This document shows, piece after piece, positions 21,041-29,973 of a DNA stretch of 64,000 nucleotides. How positions within the stretch are numbered: position 1 is the stretch's first letter; every line of letters starts with the position of its first letter. This stretch comes from an uncultured virus (IMG/VR IMGVR_UViG_3300034989_000018) (Duplodnaviria; Heunggongvirae; Uroviricota; Caudoviricetes): IMG/VR virus record IMGVR_UViG_3300034989_000018; one strand, 5' to 3'. A program made the translations under genes and the position numbers. The notes under the pieces are model-generated. The model ran no database searches. It was not told the origin of the DNA and saw only the letters and a program-made list of their open reading frames with translations.

Positions 21041-21454
21041 ATGATTTTATTGAAGACATTAGTTTCCAATATAGAAGTAAAAGAAGAAAATAAAGAAAAC
21101 GGTAATTTAAAAAATGATTTTAAAATAAATGCAGAAGTTAATTTTATGAAATCTTTACTTGATCTGGTTAAATCAGGCAAAGATATAACAATTAAAAAAT
21201 TAATATTCAATAGAAAAGATATAGTATTTGAAAGTGATGTTATAGCTATAGAACCAGATACACAAAATAAAGTTATATTAAAAGAAAAAATTAAAAAAGA
21301 TTGTTATAATGCTATATCAATTATTGAAATTCATGAATATGTAAAAGGACATACAAAAGAAAAAAAAGAAATTATGCCTAAAGTAATAGATGGTAAAGAT
21401 GTACTAAGTGAATCAAGAATACCTAATAAAAATAGAAATTTAAATATAAAATGA
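21041..21454 (+). CDS. hypothetical protein, paralog of 23195-23545
   Basis: Shared FKxNAExNFxKxxLDxxKxGxxIxIKK. Confidence 0.7.
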   Translation: MILLKTLVSNIEVKEENKENGNLKNDFKINAEVNFMKSLLDLVKSGKDITIKKLIFNRKDIVFESDVIAIEPDTQNKVILKEKIKKDCYNAISIIEIHEYVKGHTKEKKEIMPKVIDGKDVLSESRIPNKNRNLNIK

Positions 21455-21461
21455 GAAGGAG

Positions 21462-23180
21462 ATGATTATATTGTCTAATTATGCAAATTGGACACCTGTA
21501 GCATATGTTAATCTTTCTGCGCCTCATATTACACCTACTAATCTTAATAAAAATGAAGAAGCATTAACAAATATAATGGGTGAATTAAACTCATATAATG
21601 CAACATCTATGAAGCAAGCATTGGATTATGGTATTGAAAATAATGTTAAAGAAATACATAATTTTGAGAATATAAGTGATTTTACTACTACTGGTACTAT
21701 GTCACTTGGCCAAGCGACATCATCAGGTGTTATTTCTGGAATCGGTGGCATTACTATGCAAAGTAATACAGCATCAGCATCTAGTATTGGTGTATATGAT
21801 AATATAACATCTATTGATTTGACTGCTTATCCTTCTGGTGCTAGTGCTAGTATATCAGATTATATTGTATTATGTTTTAATGTATCTGATAGTACAGTAT
21901 TTACTACTTTACTTTTACGTTTAGGTGATGATGATTCTAATTGTTATTATAAATATATGTCATTATCTACTGGGTGGAATTTTTATAAGGCTAAAAAAAG
22001 TGACTTTGGTACTGATGGTACACCTTCTGGATGGAATGATATAACATTTGTAAGAATTTATGTTTCTACAAAAAACAATAGTCAATCAGATTATATCATA
22101 CTCAATAAATTGTATTTAATAAGACGAATTTCAGATACTACAATACCAAGCTCTTTAATGGTAAATGATGGTTCAGGTAATTATAATACTAATATGTATT
22201 TAACTGGTGATGAATATATAGTAATGTATTATGACAAAAAAATTGGAAAAAAAGGCTTACATAATGCAAGACCATATTCATATGATAAAGTAGTAATAAT
22301 GAATGATGTAAACTCATTCTCATTTAAATGTGAAATGTATTCTAAGATAGATTATTACGGTGGTACTATATTATGGTATATAGACTATAATAATTGGGTA
22401 TCGATAGCTATTGAAAATGATTTAACCATTTATGAATATATAAATGGCTCAGGTTCTTATGTTGTTGTAGGAACATTATCAGGCAATATTGAAGCAGGAG
22501 ATAGAATGGAATTATGGATAGATAAGACAGCAGATAACATTATAAGGGCAAGATTAGAAGTAGATGGGATGAAACCTGTATATGCTGAGTATGCATGTTC
22601 TTTTGCGTCGACTTTAGGCGGTGATTTAGCAATTACCCATGATAATGTAAATCAATATTATTTTCTTACCGATTATGTTGCCAGTAATAATCCATCTATT
22701 CCATTATCTAATTGGAGTAAGGCAATAAATATAATAGTTACTAAATATTATGATCAATCTTTATCATCCAGTACTACTTTACAAAATGATAATGAATTAT
22801 TTATTAAATTGCCTTCTAATAGTCTTTTTGAAGTTGAATTAGTATTAATATATAGTTGTACAAGCGTTACACTTGATATGAAAGTTGCTTGGTCCGCTAG
22901 TGGAGATTATGAATTATTTAGTGATGGTAGGTCAATAATAGCCACTGGTAGCGATACAACATCATATACTGATATAAACGCGTATATGAATAGTTATGCT
23001 CTTCCTACAGCAATTACAGTAGGTACTACAGCGACGGGAGAACTTCCACATTTTGAAAAGATATTAATTAAGACAGGTGATAGTGGGTGTAAACTTCAAT
23101 TACAATTAGCTAAACATGCTGTTAGTGCAACACCTTTACAAATTGATAAAGGATCATATATTAAGGCAATTAAATTATAG
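21462..23180 (+). CDS. putative tail fibre/receptor-binding protein, copy 1
   Basis: TNLNKNEE N-terminal anchor; beta-rich; paralog of 23538-25244. Confidence 0.7.
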   Translation: MIILSNYANWTPVAYVNLSAPHITPTNLNKNEEALTNIMGELNSYNATSMKQALDYGIENNVKEIHNFENISDFTTTGTMSLGQATSSGVISGIGGITMQSNTASASSIGVYDNITSIDLTAYPSGASASISDYIVLCFNVSDSTVFTTLLLRLGDDDSNCYYKYMSLSTGWNFYKAKKSDFGTDGTPSGWNDITFVRIYVSTKNNSQSDYIILNKLYLIRRISDTTIPSSLMVNDGSGNYNTNMYLTGDEYIVMYYDKKIGKKGLHNARPYSYDKVVIMNDVNSFSFKCEMYSKIDYYGGTILWYIDYNNWVSIAIENDLTIYEYINGSGSYVVVGTLSGNIEAGDRMELWIDKTADNIIRARLEVDGMKPVYAEYACSFASTLGGDLAITHDNVNQYYFLTDYVASNNPSIPLSNWSKAINIIVTKYYDQSLSSSTTLQNDNELFIKLPSNSLFEVELVLIYSCTSVTLDMKVAWSASGDYELFSDGRSIIATGSDTTSYTDINAYMNSYALPTAITVGTTATGELPHFEKILIKTGDSGCKLQLQLAKHAVSATPLQIDKGSYIKAIKL

Positions 23181-23194
23181 AAAGGAGTAAGATC

Positions 23195-23545
23195 ATGAAT
23201 CATATAACAATTAATACAGAAATAAAAGAAGAAGATAAAGTAGATGGAATATTGACAGAAGAATTTAAGTTTAATGCAGAAGCTAATTTTGCTAAAGTTA
23301 TATTAGATTTTATTAAGGAAGGAAATGAAATAAGAATAAAAAAATATACCTGTATAGAAGAAAAGGATAAGTATATTTGTACAGCAACAATTGTATTGAA
23401 AAAAACAACAGATAAAAAAGGAAGATTATCACATAAAGGATGCAGGTCCTCTAATTTAATATTAGACAATAATAAGATTAAAATTGAAAAAATTATATAT
23501 GATAAAAAATCAAATGTTAAAAAGGAGGCCATCGATAATGTCTAA
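23195..23545 (+). CDS. hypothetical protein, paralog of 21041-21454
   Basis: Shared motif; AAGGAG RBS. Confidence 0.7.
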   Translation: MNHITINTEIKEEDKVDGILTEEFKFNAEANFAKVILDFIKEGNEIRIKKYTCIEEKDKYICTATIVLKKTTDKKGRLSHKGCRSSNLILDNNKIKIEKIIYDKKSNVKKEAIDNV

Positions 23546-25244
23546 TTTTGCTAACTGGACTGAGACAACATTTGTAAATGGAACTACTCCACCTATAAAT
23601 GATACAAATTTAAATAAAAATGAAGAAGCATTAACAAATATAATGGGAGAATTAAATTATTCAAATTCTATTAATTCTTATAATATGTTAGATTATGCTA
23701 TAGAAAATAATGTTAAAGAAATACATAATTTTGAGAATCATAGTGACTTTGGTACATCAGGAACAATAACAGCATCTACAGTCAAATATACAGATGTATT
23801 GTGTGGTATAGGCGGAGTTAAAATGTTAGAAAATGATAATTCATCAGGTGTTATAACAATTGATGATACTATAGCAACTATTGATTTAACTGTTTATCCT
23901 TCTGGTGCTGCTGAAGGCTCAGATGATAAAATTTTATTGATTGTTTATATTTCAGACCATAGTTATATAAGTTCAATAAAAATAAGATTAGGTAATAATT
24001 CATCAAATTATTATTATGCAACTTGGTCTACTACTGCTAGTGGATGGATAATGTTACATATTAATAAAAGTGCATTTGATACTACGGGTTCTCCTTCTGG
24101 ATGGAATTCTATTAGTTATGTATACATTGATGCTACTACCACCGCCAATGCACAAGATGAATTTATCATAGTCAATAAATTATGTATGATAAGAGATGTA
24201 TCTGGAATAACATCATCATTTATTGTAAATGATGGTTCTGGAAATTATGATGAATCACCATGGATTGGAAATGATACTTATACACTAGTTTATTTTGATA
24301 AAAAAATAGGTAAAAAAGGTTTCTTTTATGCTTGGGAAGAACCGACTGATATGATAGAAATAATGAATGATGTAAATTCATTCTCATTTAAATGTGAAAT
24401 GTATTCTAAAATAGATACATATGGCGGTAGTGTAATATGGTATATTGATTCATCTAATTATATAAGAATTGACATACATGATGATTTAAAAATATATGAA
24501 AATGTAAGTGGTTCAGGTTCTTATGTTGCTACAGGCTCATTATCTGGTAGTATTGAAACAGGAGATAGGATGATGTTGTGGATTGATAAAACTCCAGATA
24601 ATGTTATAAGAGCAAGATTAGAAGTGGATGGGATGAAACCTGTATATGCTGAATATGCAATCACTCTTTCAGCCATAGAAAGTGGAGATGTAGGATTTAC
24701 TACAGGTGCTAATAATCAATATTTTTTCGTAACTGATTTCACAATAAGTAATAATAACATGATACCATTGATAACCGATGGTAAAAGTGTTCCAATAAAT
24801 GTTATTAAATACTATGATGAAACAGTTGTAGAAAGTACGACAACACAAAACGATGATGAATTATTTATTAAATTGCCTTCTAATAGTTTATTTGAGGTAC
24901 AATTAGTATTAATTTATAGTAGTTCAAGTGATACACCAAATTTAAAAACTCAATGGTCAGTAAGTGGAGATTATGAAGTATTTCACGATGGTAAAGTTTT
25001 TATAGGTGCAAGCACTAATACTGCTTATATGAGTGATGTATCATTATATATGAATAATTATTTATTAACTTCTACGGTTTCTATAGGTGCGCTTGCATCA
25101 GGAGAAATGCCTTATTATGAGAGATCAATAATAAAAACTGGGGACAGTGGTTGTATTCTTCAATTTAAATGGTCACAAAGCACATCAGATGAAACAGCAA
25201 TACAAGTCGATAAGGGAAGTTACATAATAGCATTTAAATTATAA
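23538..25244 (+). CDS. putative tail fibre/receptor-binding protein, copy 2
   Basis: ATG after AAAGGAGG; collinear paralog of 21462-23180. Confidence 0.7.
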   Translation: MSNFANWTETTFVNGTTPPINDTNLNKNEEALTNIMGELNYSNSINSYNMLDYAIENNVKEIHNFENHSDFGTSGTITASTVKYTDVLCGIGGVKMLENDNSSGVITIDDTIATIDLTVYPSGAAEGSDDKILLIVYISDHSYISSIKIRLGNNSSNYYYATWSTTASGWIMLHINKSAFDTTGSPSGWNSISYVYIDATTTANAQDEFIIVNKLCMIRDVSGITSSFIVNDGSGNYDESPWIGNDTYTLVYFDKKIGKKGFFYAWEEPTDMIEIMNDVNSFSFKCEMYSKIDTYGGSVIWYIDSSNYIRIDIHDDLKIYENVSGSGSYVATGSLSGSIETGDRMMLWIDKTPDNVIRARLEVDGMKPVYAEYAITLSAIESGDVGFTTGANNQYFFVTDFTISNNNMIPLITDGKSVPINVIKYYDETVVESTTTQNDDELFIKLPSNSLFEVQLVLIYSSSSDTPNLKTQWSVSGDYEVFHDGKVFIGASTNTAYMSDVSLYMNNYLLTSTVSIGALASGEMPYYERSIIKTGDSGCILQFKWSQSTSDETAIQVDKGSYIIAFKL

Positions 25245-25309
25245 CAAAACACCTATTTAAATAGAGATTTTTGTTGTATTATATACAAATAGAAAGGAAG
25301 TGATGCTAT

Positions 25310-26082
25310 ATGTCATTATTACAAAAAGATGTTTTAATTATTTGTAATGATGGTCATCGGATGGCCTAGAAACTGCAGGCAAAAGGACTCCTAAGTTTAA
25401 AGATGGTTCTGTAATACGTGAGAATGAATTTAATCATCCTACCAAAACTATATTTATACAAGCCTGTAAAGATTTTGGATTTAATACATATGATGTATCA
25501 CCAGAGAGAACAGATACACCATTAAAAACACGAACAGATAGAGCAAATAAACAATATGATTCAGGTAAATATAAAGTATATATTTATGTTTCATGGCACT
25601 TTAATTCTATAGGTGTTAGATGGTCAGACAATGTGGGTGGTATTGAAACATTTTATCATAATTCTAGTATCGAAGGGAAAAAATTAGCAACAGCGATACA
25701 CAAACAATTATTAAAAGGTACGAATCTAAAAGATAGGGGAGTAAAAAAAGATACTATAATATATAAAAGTGGATTTCACGAACTAAGAGAAACTAAAATG
25801 ATAGCAGTTCTTTTAGAGTGTGGATTCATGAGTAATCATGTTGAAGCAAATTTGATGAAAAATGTATCATATCAACATGAATGTGCAATAGAAGCATTAA
25901 AAGGTATTTGTGATTATCTTGGTATTAAGTATAAAGAACAAAATAATATAAGTAAATTAGAAGAATATACAAAAATAATCTCACCTGAGTATTGGGAAGT
26001 ATGGATGAAGCATTTTAGAGCATCGTCAAAATTACCTTGGGAAGATTTTTTATTTAATGCATTGAATAAAAAAATACCTTGA
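25310..26082 (+). pseudogene. N-acetylmuramoyl-L-alanine amidase (Amidase_3) endolysin, frameshifted at 25358-25362
   Basis: Frame A: MSLLQKDVLIICNDGH then TAG at 25367; frame B: GLETAGKRTP...ENEFN...SWHFNS...LECGFM; removing CGGAT restores DGHGLETAGKRTP. Confidence 0.85.
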
Positions 26083-26107
26083 TTTAATGTAAAAAGTGTT
26101 ATATAAT
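26079..26107 (+). promoter_or_regulatory. promoter of the tRNA/ncRNA island
   Basis: TTGATT-17 nt-TATAAT. Confidence 0.7.
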
Positions 26108-26196
26108 GTTTATATTAAAGGTTCGTTCTAAAAAAGAACATTATTATCCGGGCGGACTTCTTATTAAAAAAGGGACAGTACCCCGGGTAATAACTT

Positions 26197-26267
26197 TGGA
26201 ATATGGTGTAATGGTAACACATATGATTTTGATTCATATATTTTGGGTTCAAGTCCTGATATTCCAG
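26197..26267 (+). tRNA. tRNA-Gln(TTG)
   Basis: TGGAATA/TATTCCA acceptor, GTGT/ACAC D stem, TATGA-TTTTGAT-TCATA anticodon arm, TTCAAGT T loop; no encoded CCA. Confidence 0.88.
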
Positions 26268-26487
26268 TTTGAACCAACATAGTATTAAAACAGGTTGCGT
26301 AAATTCAATGACTATGATATCAAGGTTTACGACTCAGTGTATGGAGTCTATATAGGATTCGTGAGAAATCCAATAATACACAATCTCACAAGTTAGCCGG
26401 GAACGTTTTATAATATGGTACAATTGTTTACTATTAAATTATATTATCCCACAAGTTTTATTATAAACAAAAATTCTAGTACCGGCT
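26268..26487 (+). ncRNA. unidentified pseudoknotted structured RNA, copy 1
   Basis: Homologous to 26768-27047 with a compensatory change; AACC/GGTT, CATAGT/ACTATG, GTGTAT/ATACAC, GTGAGA/TCTCAC, GCCGG-GAA...AGTA-CCGGC. Confidence 0.7.
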
Positions 26488-26495
26488 ATTTTTAA

Positions 26496-26568
26496 CGCAG
26501 TGTAGCCAAGTGGTAAGGTATCGGAGTCATATTCCGGATAATCGCGGGTTCAAATCCCGCCACTGCTA
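26496..26568 (+). tRNA. tRNA-Met(CAT), initiator-like
   Basis: CGCAGTG/CACTGCT with unpaired C1:T72, TCGGA-GTCATAT-TCCGG anticodon arm, GCGGG-TTCAAAT-CCCGC T arm. Confidence 0.88.
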
Positions 26569-26693
26569 ATATGGAGGTAAAACTCGTAGACATAATTTGG
26601 TAGTTGTCTATTCCGCTTGGGGACATTAATTACCAAGACGCACCGCGGTATGATGGTATTTATATTCATACTACTACCTAAAATTATAAAAAC

Positions 26694-26767
26694 GCCTGGT
26701 AAATTAATGGTAAAGAAAAATTATCGACGGATAATTAATATCTTTGGTTCGATTCCAAAGTCAGGCT
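26694..26767 (+). ncRNA. tRNA-like element (pseudo-tRNA, non-canonical anticodon arm)
   Basis: GCCTGG/TCAGGC acceptor, AATGGTA D loop, TTTGG-TTCGATT-CCAAA T arm; anticodon arm AATTATC-GACG-GATAATT has no 7-nt loop. Confidence 0.7.
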
Positions 26768-27047
26768 TTTGAACCAACATAGTGTAAAATAATATTATAT
26801 AATTTAATTGGGAGAAGCCCTTTCGTAAGATTCGGCGGTATTGGTTCAAGTCCAATTGTAATATTAAAACAGGTTGCGTAAACTCAACGACTATGATATC
26901 AAGGCTTGCGGCTTAGTGTATGGGCCTATAGGGTTCGTGGGAAATCCGAAAATACACAATCCCACAAAATTAGCCGGGAAAGTTTTTCATGGTACGGTTG
27001 TTTACCGTTAAATACATTTTTAAAGCCATCAAATATCTAGTACCGGC
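26768..27047 (+). ncRNA. unidentified pseudoknotted structured RNA, copy 2 (interrupted by a tRNA-like insert)
   Basis: Same modules as 26268-26487; GTGGGA/TCCCAC replaces GTGAGA/TCTCAC. Confidence 0.7.
26793..26864 (+). ncRNA. degenerate tRNA-like insert
   Basis: TATTATA/TGTAATA acceptor-like stem, ATTGG-TTCAAGT-CCAAT T arm; D and anticodon arms degenerate. Confidence 0.6.
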
Positions 27048-27252
27048 AAATTGACTCAACTACCATGTGTAGAAAAGAGACTCTAATTACGCTAATTAAA
27101 AGTGTTTTTTGCAAGAATATTTATATTTTTAATTATTTGAAGAAGATTTAGTCCTTATAAATTAATAATTGTTTAATGTTCAATGTTTCATGTCCCCGGT
27201 TACGGTTGATATCAATCAGATTCGGGGACTTTATCAAAGGGGACTATATAAA

Positions 27253-27360
27253 ATGATAGGAATAAAACAAGAAGTAATACAACACACAATTGATTTTATT
27301 TTATTATTGTTAACTAGCTTTGGCGTAATTAACAGTCCAGATAACAAAGGAACTTTATAG
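27253..27360 (+). pseudogene. holin-like C-terminal fragment / mini-holin (35 aa)
   Basis: MIGIKQEVIQHTIDFILLLLTSFGVINSPDNKGTL resembles the last TM helix and FG(I/V)xNxPxxK end of small clostridial holins; AAAGGGG RBS. Confidence 0.5.
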
Positions 27361-27380
27361 AAAGGTAGGGTTTGTTTATT

Positions 27381-27941
27381 ATGAATTATGAAAAAAATAG
27401 CTGTGAAACACAAGAACAAACAATAATAAGATTAATTAAAGAAAATAATAAACTACATGAAGAAATAATAATAAAAGAGATTATGACAGAAGGACACAGT
27501 AAAGGACATGAAGAAACGATAACAAAATTAACAGAAGAAAACAATAAACTACATGAAGAAATAAAAATATTAAGTAATAAATTAATCGTATATAATAACA
27601 TGCTTAAACATATTGAGTATAGTGTAAAATCAACAGTTGACCAAGTTAGAGATGATATATTTCAAAAAAAAAAAATAAAAAATGAAAGTGAAAGTGAGGA
27701 GATAATAATGAATAAAAACAGATACGATTTAAAACAAATGGAATTTGATGCAAATTCGATGTCAAGAAAGGCTTTTAAAGCAAAATATATGGAAAATTTT
27801 GATAATTGTTTAAAAGCTGGTGAAGATTATGCAAACTTAATGGAGATAGCAAGCCAACTAGGGATAAAAGACCCACAATCGATTGCTAATAAAGCAAGCA
27901 AAGAAGATATAGAAAGATGGCACGCGACCATTAATGGGTAA
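27381..27941 (+). CDS. hypothetical coiled-coil protein (possible second start at 27708)
   Basis: ENNKLHEEI repeated twice; internal GAGGAG RBS plus in-frame ATG after an A12 tract. Confidence 0.6.
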   Translation: MNYEKNSCETQEQTIIRLIKENNKLHEEIIIKEIMTEGHSKGHEETITKLTEENNKLHEEIKILSNKLIVYNNMLKHIEYSVKSTVDQVRDDIFQKKKIKNESESEEIIMNKNRYDLKQMEFDANSMSRKAFKAKYMENFDNCLKAGEDYANLMEIASQLGIKDPQSIANKASKEDIERWHATING

Positions 27942-28109
27942 GTTAAGATAGAGAGCCGTTGATACTGGCTCTCTTTTTTATACTAGGGGAATTTTAAATG
28001 CCAGGGAAAAGAAAATTAGGAAAATCAAACAATTTTGATAATGGATTGTGTAAATCCTATAGATAGCTCTGGGTGGATATCACCCTTTTAATAAATTGGA
28101 GGATTTAAA

Positions 28110-28301
28110 ATGGATGAAAAAATGATAAATGATATTTGCAAAATGATTTCTGGCGAGGTTGAAAGTGGTTATAAAAATGAAAAATGTAAAATTTGTAAAT
28201 TAGATTGTCAGGGTATTTATGTTGATTATGCACCATTTCATGATATTACAAGATGTGTATTAACAGATGAAGAAATTGATAGTTATTACTTGGGTGATTA
28301 G
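28110..28301 (+). CDS. small hypothetical protein
   Basis: GGAGG RBS; Cys-rich. Confidence 0.6.
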   Translation: MDEKMINDICKMISGEVESGYKNEKCKICKLDCQGIYVDYAPFHDITRCVLTDEEIDSYYLGD

Positions 28302-28403
28302 AAAGGTAGGTTAAACAATGACATTATATCCAGGTTGTTAAATTAAGTCAATCAGTTTTAGAAGAGGAAGTTTTATACATGTTTTACTGGAAGGAGGGTA
28401 AAA

Positions 28404-28967
28404 ATGGATTTAGGAACATATTTAGAGGAGTTAAAAAATACAAGAACTATAGAAGAGGCAACAATCAGTTTAAATAATAAAAAAATTATTATTAAAACTA
28501 ATAAAGAGCAGACAAAAATTATATTAGACGGAATCGATATTGAATTAACAAAAAACACTAAAGTTGATAGTCAGATACTTGAGCATTTAACCAATTATAA
28601 ACAATTACTGTCTGAATATTTAAACGAAAAATACCAAGAAAACTCAAAACAAAACGTTGAATTAAGTAAAATAACTACAGCATTTCAATTTACACCAATT
28701 GCTTTAAATAAAATTTATTCAAAAGCCTTAAAACCACTAACTAGAATAGTTATGTTTTTTAAGGGAATATCTGAGCAGGATATAATAAATAATAATATAA
28801 AAGAAATTATTTTAGGAAGTTTACTTAAAGCAACATCCGAAAATATGGTAGAAATGTTACAACATAAAATATTAAAAGATATAAACTCAATTTGTAAGAG
28901 AATAATAGATGAATCAGTTAAAACCTGCCAAATGGATAAAGATATCCTTAATGGAAAATTAATATGA
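28404..28967 (+). CDS. hypothetical protein
   Basis: AAGGAGG RBS, 187-aa ORF. Confidence 0.7.
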   Translation: MDLGTYLEELKNTRTIEEATISLNNKKIIIKTNKEQTKIILDGIDIELTKNTKVDSQILEHLTNYKQLLSEYLNEKYQENSKQNVELSKITTAFQFTPIALNKIYSKALKPLTRIVMFFKGISEQDIINNNIKEIILGSLLKATSENMVEMLQHKILKDINSICKRIIDESVKTCQMDKDILNGKLI

Positions 28968-29102
28968 ACTATAGTAAAATGGTTTAATTTATCATATATG
29001 TATTATATAATAAATTGTAAATTTTAAATTTTAAATACTTCAAAGTTTTTTTTAATTTAAATAAGTTATATAAATACTGGAAAGTCGAACCAGTATTTTT
29101 TA

Positions 29103-29131
29103 TTGACATGATGTAATACACGCGTTATAAT
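29103..29131 (+). promoter_or_regulatory. consensus sigmaA promoter
   Basis: TTGACA-17 nt-TATAAT directly after terminator hairpin 29073-29101. Confidence 0.85.
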
Positions 29132-29221
29132 GTAGATAAATATTTATTAATATAATCATGTTTTTCTAATAAAACCTTGAGTATTCAGGGTTTTAAATTA
29201 TAAAAAGGAGATTTACTGACA

Positions 29222-29962
29222 ATGTCTAAAGCTTATAAATTAAATCAAATAATAGCAATAGAAAAAGAAGTAACAGCTAGAACCAAACAGAACATTTCAA
29301 ACATTTATAAATTATTTCAAAAAAATGACTTGTTTAATGGATTTACAAAGAAATATCAACCACTAAATGATGAAGGTGAAAAGTTTGCGGATGAAAATAA
29401 AAAAGTAATTGCTAATGTTGAATCTTTATTAAATTTAATTGTAGAATCAAAAACTGAATCTTTTGACTTTACATTGACTAAAGATACAGGAAATACCAAT
29501 GCTTTTTCTGATATAATAGTTGATGATGTTACTATTGTTAAACATGTACCTGTCACATTTATCATCTATTTAGAAAAACAGTTAATAGATATTAGGACAA
29601 TGATAAACTCTTTGCCTACTTTAGATATAAATGAAGATTGGAAACCCGATATAAATAGCAATATATTTAGAACTGATTCAATTCAAACACATAGAACTAA
29701 AAAAGTGCCTAAAGTTTTAATTAGATATGAAGCGACAGAAAAGCATCCAGCACAGACAGAAGTGTATAATGAAGATGTTATCATAGGTTACTGGAATACT
29801 GAAAAATTATCAGGTGCTATGCCAATTCCAAATAAAGAAAAATTGTTAAAGAGAGTTGAAAAACTCATAAAAGCTGTTAAAATGGCACGTGAAACAGCTA
29901 ATAGTATTGAAGTAGAAAAAAAATATATAGGGAATTCAATATTTAAATATTTGTTTGAATAA
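29222..29962 (+). CDS. conserved uncharacterised protein associated with a downstream tRNA-mimic RNA
   Basis: KLNQIIAIEK...YQPLNDEGE...VPVTFIIYLEKQL...RTKKVP...EATEKHPAQ...GYW...SGA...ARETAN motifs match a family I recall from Actinobacteria and phages (recalled as DUF7873; unverified). Confidence 0.85.
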   Translation: MSKAYKLNQIIAIEKEVTARTKQNISNIYKLFQKNDLFNGFTKKYQPLNDEGEKFADENKKVIANVESLLNLIVESKTESFDFTLTKDTGNTNAFSDIIVDDVTIVKHVPVTFIIYLEKQLIDIRTMINSLPTLDINEDWKPDINSNIFRTDSIQTHRTKKVPKVLIRYEATEKHPAQTEVYNEDVIIGYWNTEKLSGAMPIPNKEKLLKRVEKLIKAVKMARETANSIEVEKKYIGNSIFKYLFE

Positions 29963-29973
29963 ACTTTTAATAT

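Noticed and set aside
21462..25244. Diversity-generating retroelement TR/VR pair
   Set aside because: No reverse transcriptase in the window; both copies are full genes and the differences are not adenine-specific
26117..26140. preQ1 riboswitch (AGGTTC start)
   Set aside because: No matching P1 3' strand or A-rich pseudoknot tail, and no queuosine genes downstream
26268..26487. tRNA-associated theta (HDV-like), hammerhead, twister or pistol ribozyme
   Set aside because: I could not map the HDV nested double pseudoknot or the conserved cores (e.g. CUGANGA/GAAA) by eye; left as unidentified pending cmscan
27169..27252. 63-aa ORF starting at TTG 27169
   Set aside because: No RBS, and the 5' part is a GC-rich RNA hairpin region; only the portion from about 27241 looks protein-like
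27664..27675. A12 tract as a phase-variation switch
   Set aside because: Long A/T runs are common throughout this genome and the frame is currently open; no evidence of switching
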